The notes below the pieces were generated by a model. That model did no database searches. It had not been told where the DNA came from and worked only from the letters and a program-made list of their open reading frames with translations. The position numbers and the translations under genes are program-made. A stretch of DNA of 57,186 nt, taken from the IMG/VR virus record IMGVR_UViG_3300031840_000546; one strand, written 5' to 3'. The stretch comes from an uncultured virus (IMG/VR IMGVR_UViG_3300031840_000546) (lineage: Duplodnaviria; Heunggongvirae; Uroviricota; Caudoviricetes). Below, piece after piece: positions 36,855 to 45,840 of the stretch; the stretch's first letter is position 1, and the number at the start of each line of letters is the position of its first letter.

Positions 36855-39029
36855 TTAGGCTGCGGAGATCGTATCGATCACTCGGTTGATCAGGTTGCGA
36901 CTCGCAGACTTCTTCGCGGCACCCTTCATGAATGCGTTGCGAACTTTGGTGAGTGAGTCACTAGCAGTCACCTTGTCGAATGCTTCGTCTGCATTCACGA
37001 CGGGCTGTGCTTTGATGTCGATCCACTCGGAGAATCCACGGGTCCAAGTCCGAGCAGCCCAACCTTCTTTTTTCCATTGGTCTTGCAGATCGACCATGTT
37101 GCACTGCTTGGATTCGGTCAAGAAGAGGTTGATGACCTTACCGCTGATCTTCTGAGTGAGCATCTTGGCGAGGGTATCTTGGACACCGCGATATGAATCT
37201 TCGACCACGACTTGAGTTTTGTTCGCATCGTCAGCGATGATGCAGTCACCACTACCGTAGAACGAACCGTGACCGTCACCATCGGTGACGAAGATGCTGT
37301 GGGCGATTTGTGATCGCGTAGCGGCTTGGAACTCGTTGACCAGCGAAGCGGCGGAAACCAAAGCACTGTGGAGAGGAGTACCACCAAGTCCAAGTTGACG
37401 ATGGGCTTGCATATCTTCCCACATTGGGGCAACACCGTTGTATTCGCAGTGATGACCAGCGTTGCATGCCATCATCCAGAGGTTGAGCAGACCACGCTCG
37501 AAGGCACGCTTGTTCATGCGGCTGTCAACGAATTCGAGAAGAGCGAAACCATCATGGCAGCATGCTTCTTCGCCAGCATTCCATTCGGGCTTGTTATCAG
37601 CATCCCAGTTGAATCGGTCGGAGAAGGCGACAACGCGGAAGTCGATACCAGCCTTTTTGCAGAAATCGACTTGGTTCACAACCTGTTGCATGGAAGGCAT
37701 GAGAATCTCACGCATCGAAGCGGACCAGTCCAAGAAGAACACGATGCAGTGTGACTTACCATCGGCGACTTCGGTTTGGGAAAGGAAGATGTCATCATTG
37801 AACTTGTAGGAGTGAACTTTGTTGATGTCCAACCGACCAGTCTTCGAAGTTTCGGTACGCTTCCATTCGTCAGCAGCACACTTACGTTGGAACTGTTGAA
37901 CCATTTGGTTCACGATCTTCTTGGAGTCGTTACGGAATTGCGTGAGGTTTGCACGGCAGGCGTCTTCGTTCTTGGTCACTCCGATGATCTTGGTGAGATC
38001 AGCAGAAGAAACCACGAACTTCTCAGCAGACTCTTGGGGGAACACTTTGTATTGAGTGTCGTTTTCCTGCATAGGTCGCTTGGCGGAACGAGTTTGGGCA
38101 GCGAGATTGTCGTTCATCGCATCGCTGGTGGAACCGATGGTCGTACCCTTACCACCTTCGCCTTGCTGGCTACCAGCGCCAGGAGCGTCACCCTCTTCGC
38201 CTTCGGCAGAAGTACCATCGTCTTCGCCGTCTTCGGCGGATTCCATAGTACCTTCACCTTTGGATTCACCAGCGTTGTCACCTTCGGCATCGTCACCTTC
38301 GGATTCGCCTTGACCGTTACCAGCATCACCAGACTCGCCGTCCTGTTCACCGTCTTGGTCCATAGACTGACCAGCAGCATCGCTGTTGATAGTTTCACCT
38401 TCACCTTCACCTTCACCTTGTTCGGCTTCGCCTTGATCGTCGTTCTGCATATCCTCTTGGGCAGCATCGTACAATTCACGGGCGAGGGCGATCACATCAT
38501 CGAACGATTTGTTCGCGGTGAATCGGTCGAGGATCGCACGCTCTTCGGCAGAGAAAGGCACATCCATGAATGGACCGATCTTGAAGTGGATGTTTGCACG
38601 ATCCATAAAATGCAATTCGGAAACGTCTTTACCAGCGATGTTGAAAAGATCGTTCTCGGCGAATCGTTCGTAACCAACGTGGAAGTCTCGTCGCAAGCCA
38701 GGAAACTTTGCCTTGATCATGCGTTCGATACGCTCGTCTTCGATGATGTTCACCACACGTTGGAACAAAGCCTTGTCACCATCGAACGCATCGATGGTAG
38801 CACCCCAAACGTCGGCAGGAGTGTAGAGGGCGTGGGCGACTTCGTGACCGATCAACATGTCGTATTGATTACGATTCATGTTTTCCCAAACGGGCAAAGT
38901 AAGAACACGCGATTCCAAATCGAACGATGCGGTTTGGGCGGACGAATCTTGACGAACGATAATGTTCTCAGTCGCAAGGCAGCGAGAGAGAACCGAGAGA
39001 GAATCCAACGATGATTTAGCAATAGTCAT
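36855..39029 (-). CDS. CobT-like protein: N-terminal HEXXH metallopeptidase-like domain, acidic linker, vWA domain
   Basis: LATENI, TASFD...RVL.LP.W, GHEVAHALYT, ED.RIER; vWA MIDAS DWSASM, GGTPL, FVTDGDG. Confidence 0.85.
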   Translation of the reverse strand: MTIAKSSLDSLSVLSRCLATENIIVRQDSSAQTASFDLESRVLTLPVWENMNRNQYDMLIGHEVAHALYTPADVWGATIDAFDGDKALFQRVVNIIEDERIERMIKAKFPGLRRDFHVGYERFAENDLFNIAGKDVSELHFMDRANIHFKIGPFMDVPFSAEERAILDRFTANKSFDDVIALARELYDAAQEDMQNDDQGEAEQGEGEGEGETINSDAAGQSMDQDGEQDGESGDAGNGQGESEGDDAEGDNAGESKGEGTMESAEDGEDDGTSAEGEEGDAPGAGSQQGEGGKGTTIGSTSDAMNDNLAAQTRSAKRPMQENDTQYKVFPQESAEKFVVSSADLTKIIGVTKNEDACRANLTQFRNDSKKIVNQMVQQFQRKCAADEWKRTETSKTGRLDINKVHSYKFNDDIFLSQTEVADGKSHCIVFFLDWSASMREILMPSMQQVVNQVDFCKKAGIDFRVVAFSDRFNWDADNKPEWNAGEEACCHDGFALLEFVDSRMNKRAFERGLLNLWMMACNAGHHCEYNGVAPMWEDMQAHRQLGLGGTPLHSALVSAASLVNEFQAATRSQIAHSIFVTDGDGHGSFYGSGDCIIADDANKTQVVVEDSYRGVQDTLAKMLTQKISGKVINLFLTESKQCNMVDLQDQWKKEGWAARTWTRGFSEWIDIKAQPVVNADEAFDKVTASDSLTKVRNAFMKGAAKKSASRNLINRVIDTISAA

Positions 39030-39035
39030 GCTTTT

Positions 39036-39062
39036 ATTTTAACATAACTACCTGTATTGCAA
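39036..39062 (-). promoter_or_regulatory. Promoter, probably leaderless, for the vWA gene
   Basis: TTGCAA-15bp-TAAAAT (TGn extended)-6bp-ATG; no SD. Confidence 0.55.
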
Positions 39063-39079
39063 GGGTTTTCTGGGCGAAA

Positions 39080-39096
39080 CTGACACAATCTGTCAG
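39080..39096. promoter_or_regulatory. Palindromic operator-like site, copy 1
   Basis: CTGACA-caatc-TGTCAG. Confidence 0.65.
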
Positions 39097-39220
39097 GATT
39101 GCGGGATCTGAGGGGTCCATGTCGCAAAACAACACGCTATCAACTATCAACTTTTTGTTCGGGTTCTGTTAGGGTGCTGAGAAACCGCGTTTACAGCCTG
39201 CCAGAGGGGTTTTTGGGAGA

Positions 39221-39237
39221 CTGACAGAATGTGTCAG
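39221..39237. promoter_or_regulatory. Palindromic operator-like site, copy 2
   Basis: CTGACA-gaatg-TGTCAG; its reverse complement matches copy 1 at 16 of 17 bases. Confidence 0.65.
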
Positions 39238-39266
39238 TTTGGGGGTGATTTTTTCGAAGATTAGCC

Positions 39267-39294
39267 TTGAGGTCTATTTGGGGTTTATTAAACT
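39267..39294 (+). promoter_or_regulatory. Promoter, probably leaderless, for the AAA+ gene
   Basis: TTGAGG-16bp-TAAACT-6bp-ATG; no SD. Confidence 0.55.
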
Positions 39295-39300
39295 AGACGT

Positions 39301-40599
39301 ATGACTACTTTTAAACTTCGTAACTTGTCCGCCCGTCAATCCAAATTCGTCCGCGCCCTCGCCGCTCACGGTGTGCGTGGTCCTGTCGTTTCCCGTCAGG
39401 AATTGAAGTCCGTTTGTGATGCTTCGGGCATCTACGCTTGCCCCCCGTCTTGGATCACTCAAGATTCTGGTCGTGCTTTGGACATGCGTGGCGAATATGA
39501 TCTTCCCGAACTGGTTGAATTGATCTCCGCCGAAGGTGTTCCCCAATTGGTCCGTGACACTGACGAAGAACTTGCCCCCTTGCCCGCTCCCCCATCCACC
39601 ATCGGTTTGCAGGGTGGTGCAAATGCACCTACCCCCGCCGCTATCAACGCGCCTGCTGCCGCTTCCGCGAATCTCGCTGCGAGCATTATGGGTGCTACTG
39701 GTGGTGATCGTGCTACCCTCATTCCCGACAAAATCAAAACCTACGTGCCTTGGGGTCACTTCGATTCGATCAAGAAAATTATCGATTCGAACATGTTCTA
39801 CCCTGTGTTCGTTACTGGTCTTTCTGGTAACGGTAAGACCACTGGTATCGAGCAAGCGTGTGCCGCTGCTGGTCGTGAGTGTTTCCGCGTGAACATCACC
39901 AAAGCCACTGACGAAGATGATCTGCTCGGTGGTTTCCGTTTGATCGATGGTGAAACCAAGTTTGTTTACGGTCCCGTGGTCGAAGCCATGAAGCGTGGTG
40001 CCGTTCTTCTTCTCGATGAAATCGACCTCGCTGGTCTGGGTATCATGTGCCTTCAATCTGTTCTCGAAGGTAAGGGTGTGTTCCTTAAGAAAACCAACGA
40101 ATGGATTACCCCCGCTGCTGGTTTCACCGTGTTCGCCACTGCCAACACCAAGGGTAAAGGTAGCGACGATGGACGATTCATCGGTACTGGTGCGATGAAC
40201 GAAGCCTTCTTGGACCGATTCCCCGTGACGATGGAACAGGAGTACGCTCCGCGATCCACCGAGAAGAAGATCGTTCGCAAGGCGATGAAATCTCTGGGAT
40301 GCGATGACGAAGCGTTCGCTATCAACCTCACCAAGTGGGCTGATACCATTCGCAAATCATTCTACGAAGGTGCGGTTGACGAAATCATCACCACCCGACG
40401 TTTGATCGACATCGTGAAAGCGAACGCGATCTTCGGAGACAAAATGACCGCGATCAACATGGCGGTTTCCCGATTCGATGACGAAACCAAAGAGGGTTTC
40501 ATCTCACTCTACACTAAGATCGATGCCGAAGTAGTCATGGCAGACGAGAGTGAAACCCCATCGGAAGGTGGTGCGTCTTCGGACTGCCCTTTCGAATGA
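39301..40599 (+). CDS. cobS: CobS-like MoxR-type AAA+ ATPase
   Basis: GLSGNGKT, RVNIT..TDEDDLLGGFRL, LLDEID, ATANTKGKGSDDGRF.G...NEAFLDRF, matching the T4-like phage 'CobS' family. Confidence 0.92.
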   Translation: MTTFKLRNLSARQSKFVRALAAHGVRGPVVSRQELKSVCDASGIYACPPSWITQDSGRALDMRGEYDLPELVELISAEGVPQLVRDTDEELAPLPAPPSTIGLQGGANAPTPAAINAPAAASANLAASIMGATGGDRATLIPDKIKTYVPWGHFDSIKKIIDSNMFYPVFVTGLSGNGKTTGIEQACAAAGRECFRVNITKATDEDDLLGGFRLIDGETKFVYGPVVEAMKRGAVLLLDEIDLAGLGIMCLQSVLEGKGVFLKKTNEWITPAAGFTVFATANTKGKGSDDGRFIGTGAMNEAFLDRFPVTMEQEYAPRSTEKKIVRKAMKSLGCDDEAFAINLTKWADTIRKSFYEGAVDEIITTRRLIDIVKANAIFGDKMTAINMAVSRFDDETKEGFISLYTKIDAEVVMADESETPSEGGASSDCPFE

Positions 40600-40838
40600 T
40601 GCTGGATTCTCTCCAGCCAGGAGAGAAACCAGCGTTTGAAGTCGTCATTGGCTATAAGGATAAGAATGGCGTCGAGCAGCATTGTGGTAAACGAATCGCC
40701 TCTTTCGCTCGATGGAATACCCAACGCCGATCGTGGATGTTCACCGACCCACAATCGCTCGAAGATTTCAGCCACCTTGTGAATGGTTTGAACTACACTT
40801 GGATCAACCCACCACAAATTTCCAAAATTGCATGTTGA
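40596..40838 (+). CDS. Hypothetical protein
   Basis: ATGA overlap with the AAA+ stop. Confidence 0.55.
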   Translation: MMLDSLQPGEKPAFEVVIGYKDKNGVEQHCGKRIASFARWNTQRRSWMFTDPQSLEDFSHLVNGLNYTWINPPQISKIAC

Positions 40839-40862
40839 CAGCCCTAGCCCGAAAGGTAAAAT
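40835..40862 (+). promoter_or_regulatory. Sigma70-like promoter, probably leaderless
   Basis: TTGACA-16bp-TAAAAT-6bp-ATG(40869). Confidence 0.7.
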
Positions 40863-40868
40863 AAACAC

Positions 40869-41150
40869 ATGACTTACGCAGAACGCTGTGACTGGGAGGA
40901 CGGGATTCACCAAGACGATCCCACCATCCTCGAAACCCTCTCCGAAATCGCTATCAACGACGATCCCGACGATGAGGATCTCGATGCCATCGAACTGGAC
41001 GATGACGAATACTTCGATCTCGAAGCCGATGTTCACGACGAACACTGGGATCCGTACGATCTGGAAGATCGCCTCATGGACGAACACGGAGTGACCGCAG
41101 AAGGATTCGCTTATCTTGCGGACGAAGACCGAGCGGGGAACTTCGTATGA
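40869..41150 (+). CDS. Very acidic small protein
   Basis: About 35 D/E versus 3 R and no K in 93 aa. Confidence 0.75.
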   Translation: MTYAERCDWEDGIHQDDPTILETLSEIAINDDPDDEDLDAIELDDDEYFDLEADVHDEHWDPYDLEDRLMDEHGVTAEGFAYLADEDRAGNFV

Positions 41151-41437
41151 GTACCACCTATACATCCGACGCCATCAACGAACTGGTGATCGAAGAGGAA
41201 GGTATTCAATCGACCATCAATCAGATTTTCAACGAGATGCTCACGAGCGAAGATGTCCCGCTGGAACTGATTAAAAAGTATGCCATGCAAATCCACGGAT
41301 TTACGGCAAAACTTCGTCTGGTCGGAGCAGACCAAGACATGCTCACAGACGAAGAACAAGACTGGATGCGAGTAGTATCCGAAACCCATCAAGAATTTAT
41401 CAAGGCACTTATGCCAGGAGAAAACCATGCTGAGTAA
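41147..41437 (+). CDS. Hypothetical acidic protein
   Basis: Coupled to both neighbours. Confidence 0.65.
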   Translation: MSTTYTSDAINELVIEEEGIQSTINQIFNEMLTSEDVPLELIKKYAMQIHGFTAKLRLVGADQDMLTDEEQDWMRVVSETHQEFIKALMPGENHAE

Positions 41438-41720
41438 GCAACAACAACGTTACGTCGATGCGATCATCGCTGCTGCACCTACTGTCGGACTTGACTGCAC
41501 AACCCCTGTGTTTACGCGGGAGCAACTTCGTGCAGTGTCAATGATTCATAAGGGTAAGAAGTGGATTCCGAACTGGATCACCCACGACCAATCCCGTAGA
41601 GCAGGTCGAGGTGTGTTCAACATTCCCGAAGTCGTAACTGCCCATGCAGAGTTTATGAGTCGGAGTGCAGACGACACACCTGTAACCGAAGCACACACGG
41701 ACGTACCTGTTACGGCGTGA
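41427..41720 (+). CDS. Stand-alone paralogue of the AAA+ N-terminal domain
   Basis: LSKQQQRYVDAI/PVFTREQLRAV/PNWITHD/RGVFNIPEV align with LSARQSKFVRAL/PVVSRQELKSV/PSWITQD/RGEYDLPEL; SD AGGAG. Confidence 0.75.
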   Translation: MLSKQQQRYVDAIIAAAPTVGLDCTTPVFTREQLRAVSMIHKGKKWIPNWITHDQSRRAGRGVFNIPEVVTAHAEFMSRSADDTPVTEAHTDVPVTA

Positions 41721-41801
41721 CAAACAGTGCCACGGGTCTGGGACTCCTAGCCGAGCCTGGGCCTAGCAAATTGGAACCAAAAACTTTATAAGGAATCCCT
41801 T

Positions 41802-41972
41802 ATGGAAAATTATCTCCCAACACTCATGTATATCATCAGCGGAATCATGCTTGGTTATACCGCTCTCTCGATCTATACAATTTCGCAACACATTAAGAAT
41901 CAAGCGAGAGATATTGAAAATCGTTATCAAAACAAGATCCAGAGCAAAATCGAAAAAGGAGAAATGAAATGA
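41802..41972 (+). CDS. 56-aa membrane-anchored peptide (not in ORF track)
   Basis: MENYLPTLMYIISGIMLGYTALSIYTI...; SD AAGGA. Confidence 0.55.
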   Translation: MENYLPTLMYIISGIMLGYTALSIYTISQHIKNQARDIENRYQNKIQSKIEKGEMK

Positions 41973-42076
41973 CTGGAAACGAATACGACTTTATTGAACT
42001 GGTGGACGTTCTTCGTTGGTACTGGCATCCTGCTGGATTTATGATGCTTCTGAAACTTCTTAGTAGTTGGGGGTAA
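41969..42076 (+). CDS. 35-aa peptide (not in ORF track)
   Basis: MTGNEYDFIELVDVLRWYWHPAGFMMLLKLLSSWG; ATGA overlap and SD AAGGAG. Confidence 0.45.
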   Translation: MTGNEYDFIELVDVLRWYWHPAGFMMLLKLLSSWG

Positions 42077-42086
42077 GGAATCCATT

Positions 42087-42269
42087 ATGAAAAGTAATAT
42101 ACTACTTATCGCCATTATGCTGGGACTCCTAGTTGGGACTCCTCTTCTCACCATCGCCAGTTTGAATACACTGTTCGCCACGAACATTTCATATGGCGTA
42201 CCACAATGGTTCGCAATCGTATGGCTGCAAATTCTCTTACTTGCACCATTGACAAGATCGAAGAATTGA
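42087..42269 (+). CDS. Small two-TM membrane protein
   Basis: P..TI.SLNTLF..NI.Y....W pattern; SD AAGGA. Confidence 0.6.
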   Translation: MKSNILLIAIMLGLLVGTPLLTIASLNTLFATNISYGVPQWFAIVWLQILLLAPLTRSKN

Positions 42270-42282
42270 GTAAACTAAACGC

Positions 42283-42696
42283 ATGAACGAAGAAAACAAT
42301 GTGACTTTGCTCGACTCCGCTATCAACACGATTTCAGAAATGGAGAAAATCTTGGACGATATGACAGAGAACTTTACACAACCACCATACAGACAAATCG
42401 AACCAGAACCAAAGAGTTACACTCTGGAACTGGTCAGTAATCCAAACCGATACTATAACTTTCGTATCGTGGAGGCAACTGAACACTACCCTGCACACGC
42501 ATTCGTTCGATTGTATGACAATGGACACAACCATGAGTGGCACGATGATGTGACTCCTACGAATGTTCACGAACACGTTGATTACAATGATCTTCCATCC
42601 GTGACTGCCGTGGAGAGCGTAGCATTCTCCAAAGAGAGTGCAGTGCAACTCTGGAAGGTTCTCGTCGATAAGTATGGGTTTGTGGAGAAGAAATAA
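42283..42696 (+). CDS. Hypothetical protein
   Basis: ORF within a co-directional gene run. Confidence 0.6.
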   Translation: MNEENNVTLLDSAINTISEMEKILDDMTENFTQPPYRQIEPEPKSYTLELVSNPNRYYNFRIVEATEHYPAHAFVRLYDNGHNHEWHDDVTPTNVHEHVDYNDLPSVTAVESVAFSKESAVQLWKVLVDKYGFVEKK

Positions 42697-43019
42697 TGGA
42701 ACCAGAAGTAACTTTCGTTGGTGTTGTCACTGACACGATTGAACTGAATGCGATGGGTGATCGTATTGATGAGCGTCACTATAAAACACTGTGGCGATTT
42801 CAGGATCAATACTTCATCGCAAGTGCAGCGTACTTCGCACAAGATCCGCAGTGGGGAGGAATCAGTGTGAATGAAACTTTCATTTACGAATCAGATCGAA
42901 ATGGCGATATCACTTCCGCTGGTATTCCTCTCGCAGAATATGAATGGTTCAGTGCGAGTCATTCAAATCATCGACATTGGATCGAAGAAGCAGTAATGGT
43001 GAAGGAGACTGCACGATGA
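42696..43019 (+). CDS. Hypothetical protein
   Basis: TAATG coupling; NETFIYESD.NG.I motif. Confidence 0.6.
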   Translation: MEPEVTFVGVVTDTIELNAMGDRIDERHYKTLWRFQDQYFIASAAYFAQDPQWGGISVNETFIYESDRNGDITSAGIPLAEYEWFSASHSNHRHWIEEAVMVKETAR

Positions 43020-43309
43020 ATCTCAAGAAGCACACACAAACCTACAAGAAAAATGGCATCTATGAAACTTGGAATTTCATTGATCTTTCAGAATCAAAAG
43101 AACATCAACTCGATGTCGATTTCTTCGTTGTTTCCCCTACGGGAGTCACGAACTATATGACGAAGAGCGATGCGGTTTCATTGTGGAAGCACAATGCGAT
43201 GCATTACGAAGCGAGATCGACTGGAGACACGAAAGTGGGAATGGACTACGTTCTGAAAATGGAAGAGAAGTACCAAGATCAGGTTACGAGTATGGGTTCT
43301 CGTTCATAA
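43016..43309 (+). CDS. Hypothetical protein
   Basis: SD AAGGAG and ATGA overlap support a start at 43016. Confidence 0.55.
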   Translation: MNLKKHTQTYKKNGIYETWNFIDLSESKEHQLDVDFFVVSPTGVTNYMTKSDAVSLWKHNAMHYEARSTGDTKVGMDYVLKMEEKYQDQVTSMGSRS

Positions 43310-43329
43310 AAAAATCGCGGAGAAATGCA

Positions 43330-43686
43330 GTGGACTTTTATAAGGGTTGTAAAACACGAAAAGATTTTATGAATGATATGACGAAGTGGTTTATTCGTGA
43401 GAATAAACTCGGCAAGGTCAAGATCATTTGTGAATACGACAATCGTATGGATTGTTGGGGTGACTGCACAAATCTCGGTAAGAACAGATTTCATATTCGG
43501 GTTCACCCCGAACAGAGTTTGCAATCGTTCGCAGAGACTCTCGCTCACGAACTCGTACATGTTCGTCAGTGGGTACGAAACAAATGGCGTGGGGATGGGG
43601 AGCAAGAAGCAGAAGGCGCACAAGGCGCAATCGCTCTGGATTACCTCAGATGGAAACAACGTGAAAGGTTGAAAAATGAAAGTTGA
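43330..43686 (+). CDS. Small zincin-like metallopeptidase
   Basis: ETLAHELVHVRQW...EQEA; probable GTG start after GGAG. Confidence 0.7.
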   Translation: MDFYKGCKTRKDFMNDMTKWFIRENKLGKVKIICEYDNRMDCWGDCTNLGKNRFHIRVHPEQSLQSFAETLAHELVHVRQWVRNKWRGDGEQEAEGAQGAIALDYLRWKQRERLKNES

Positions 43687-44230
43687 TTGGTCGAATTTAT
43701 TTTTGATTGGTTCCCTCACAATGTGTGGAACCTATATGGTGATGGATGTGGTTGACAATGTTTCCAGAAACTTGGGATCACAACCCGTTGCGGAGACTAC
43801 GACTCCACCTAAACCGCTTGCGGGTGTAGTTTTTACAAGAAACGACACGTTAGATTCATACATAGAAAAAGTGGATGAAGTGACGCTGGAGGACTTGTAT
43901 GCTGCTATACGGATTGTTGAGTCTAATGGTAATCCTGATGCTGTTGGCGATCACGGGCAGGCGATTGGATGCTACCAGATCTGGAGAGATTACTGGCAGG
44001 ATGCTACAGAATTTAGCAATATTGGTGGGAGTTATAATGATTGTTTCAACTGCGATTATGCTCACGAAATCGTTATCGCTTATATGAATCGATATGCTAC
44101 AGAGAATCGATTGAAGCGACCTGTAACTTTTGAAGATATCGCACGCATTCATAATGGCGGTCCTAATGGATATCGTAAAGAGTCAACGAAAAAGTATTGG
44201 ACGAAGGTTGCAAATATTCTGTATAAATAA
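43676..44230 (+). CDS. Membrane-anchored lysozyme-like enzyme resembling i-type (destabilase) lysozyme
   Basis: AI..VES.G...AVGD.G.AIG.YQI...YW.DA and ARIHNGGPNG motifs; N-terminal hydrophobic anchor. Confidence 0.8.
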   Translation: MKVDWSNLFLIGSLTMCGTYMVMDVVDNVSRNLGSQPVAETTTPPKPLAGVVFTRNDTLDSYIEKVDEVTLEDLYAAIRIVESNGNPDAVGDHGQAIGCYQIWRDYWQDATEFSNIGGSYNDCFNCDYAHEIVIAYMNRYATENRLKRPVTFEDIARIHNGGPNGYRKESTKKYWTKVANILYK

Positions 44231-44339
44231 TACTGATGATTTTAGCAGATGCATTTGAAATTGGTGTTTTGGTATATGTTGCAATCGGAGCAATATACAT
44301 CTACGTCACTGACAAAAAAGATAATGAGGGATCTTAATC

Positions 44340-44738
44340 ATGGAATTCAGAAAAAGAGAAATCAAACGCGAAGAACCCAAGCGGGAAGAGCCGAAAAAAC
44401 CAGAAGCGGTCAAAGAGGTCGCTCGCGGTAATCCCCCTCCACCACCACCCCAACAAAAATTGTCGGACGAGAGATTCTTACTTGTGCTTGTAGATTCTGA
44501 AATGTTTGATTACGGAGATCTTCGTGGTGTTGAGGCGAACGGTCCTGCAAGGTGTGTTGACAAAAATTATAATCAAAGATCCCGCGAAGCGGTTTTTGCA
44601 TACCAACTTACACAACTCGAAAATCCAAGAGATGTAATTGCATATTGGAATGAAGAAGTTGAAAAAAGAAATAAAACAGTTAAGTTTACGATGAAGACTG
44701 TCAAAGTAAACAAAACGGAGAAAGAGCAAGAAGTCTAA
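44340..44738 (+). CDS. Hypothetical protein
   Basis: KREEP repeats and a Pro tract; TATAAATA at 44222-44229 upstream. Confidence 0.6.
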   Translation: MEFRKREIKREEPKREEPKKPEAVKEVARGNPPPPPPQQKLSDERFLLVLVDSEMFDYGDLRGVEANGPARCVDKNYNQRSREAVFAYQLTQLENPRDVIAYWNEEVEKRNKTVKFTMKTVKVNKTEKEQEV

Positions 44739-45094
44739 TGGGATGCGGTTGTGGTCAAACAAATCATACGCCTAGGCAAAATAAAATTGTCGAGGATCGT
44801 CGTAGGATTATAGATGAACTCGAAAAGGGACTCGTATCATTTACCGTAAGATCGAAGTGTCCTTATAAAGAAAAGTTTGTAAAGTTTGTAGGAACACTTT
44901 CGAAAAACGCCTTACCATCGTCTGAGTCACGACAATACTCTAGAGTTGGAGTCACACAAAAATCTGATGACATCATCTTGTGGGCGTTGAACAAAAACTA
45001 TGACAATAATCTTGACAATAAATCTGGATGGGTTAAAATATCTCGCAAGGATATAATCGAACACAAATTCATATCAGATATTCCAAAGGTTTAA
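44738..45094 (+). CDS. MGCGCG-led protein with an SH3/WYL-like C-terminal region
   Basis: L.KG.V.FT.......GTL...W......GW pattern. Confidence 0.55.
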   Translation: MGCGCGQTNHTPRQNKIVEDRRRIIDELEKGLVSFTVRSKCPYKEKFVKFVGTLSKNALPSSESRQYSRVGVTQKSDDIILWALNKNYDNNLDNKSGWVKISRKDIIEHKFISDIPKV

Positions 45095-45095
45095 C

Positions 45096-45365
45096 ATGAC
45101 ACAATACAGACTACACATTGACATTCCACTTGGAGCAAACGAAAACGAAGCGATCCAAGAGGCTAAAAAAGTTATTCGTGATATTGAAGTCCGTTGGACA
45201 CATCCACGTTCAAGACCTGTCGATCAGGACATGAGTGTAGACCAAGTGAACTATCGATTGGGTTTTGATGATGATCGTGCGAAAACAAATTATCTCGACA
45301 TCAATGAGGAAGGACATTGTAGCACCAAAAAGTCTCGTATGACCTTTCATAATGAGAGTGTTTAA
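45096..45365 (+). CDS. Hypothetical protein
   Basis: YRLHIDIPL...NYRLG.DDDR..TNYL. Confidence 0.6.
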   Translation: MTQYRLHIDIPLGANENEAIQEAKKVIRDIEVRWTHPRSRPVDQDMSVDQVNYRLGFDDDRAKTNYLDINEEGHCSTKKSRMTFHNESV

Positions 45366-45827
45366 GTGACCGTTTTAGTTGACACAGAAGTTAGTCAGTT
45401 GAACTCTACGGTGGTTGATTCACTACAAAGACTTGCAGAGATTCAATTGGAAAAAAAATGGCACGAATCACAACCGATAGTGAATTCTATCGGAAAGCAA
45501 TATGTTGGGATGTATAAGATTTTTCATCATGACCAAGTAATGTATATCGGTATGGGTAATCTCAATGCTAGAAGAGCAAGACATGTTTCTGTATTTCAAA
45601 ATAAGGGAGAAGCATTGATGTCAGAGAATAAAAGGTCATCAGATTCTCCCGTTGCTAGAAAGATGTACGAATGTGACGAAGATATCAATAATTGGAATAT
45701 CAATTTCATGACCATTGACCGTGAGATTGACCGCTTTGTTGCTGATGCTGTCATGAAGAAGATGGAATGTATTCTTATTCAAGAACATAGTCCCGTTTTT
45801 TGCACAGAACATATGGTAGGTAAGTAA
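45366..45827 (+). CDS. GIY-YIG-like nuclease
   Basis: GMYKI......MYIGMG.L.AR..RH...E..LIQ...P. Confidence 0.65.
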   Translation: MTVLVDTEVSQLNSTVVDSLQRLAEIQLEKKWHESQPIVNSIGKQYVGMYKIFHHDQVMYIGMGNLNARRARHVSVFQNKGEALMSENKRSSDSPVARKMYECDEDINNWNINFMTIDREIDRFVADAVMKKMECILIQEHSPVFCTEHMVGK

Positions 45828-45840
45828 AGAGATTATTTAA

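Noticed and set aside
37776..39014. 412-aa plus-strand ORF
   Set aside because: Antisense shadow of the vWA gene caused by its biased codon usage; no motifs or SD
36855..40599. CobS/CobT as a cobalamin-synthesis cobaltochelatase serving NrdJ
   Set aside because: No CobN or other cob genes in the window; the partner has an HEXXH domain; the phage family is a generic MoxR AAA+/vWA pair
40509..41165. 218-aa minus-strand ORF
   Set aside because: Antisense to better-supported plus-strand genes that have a promoter and coupling
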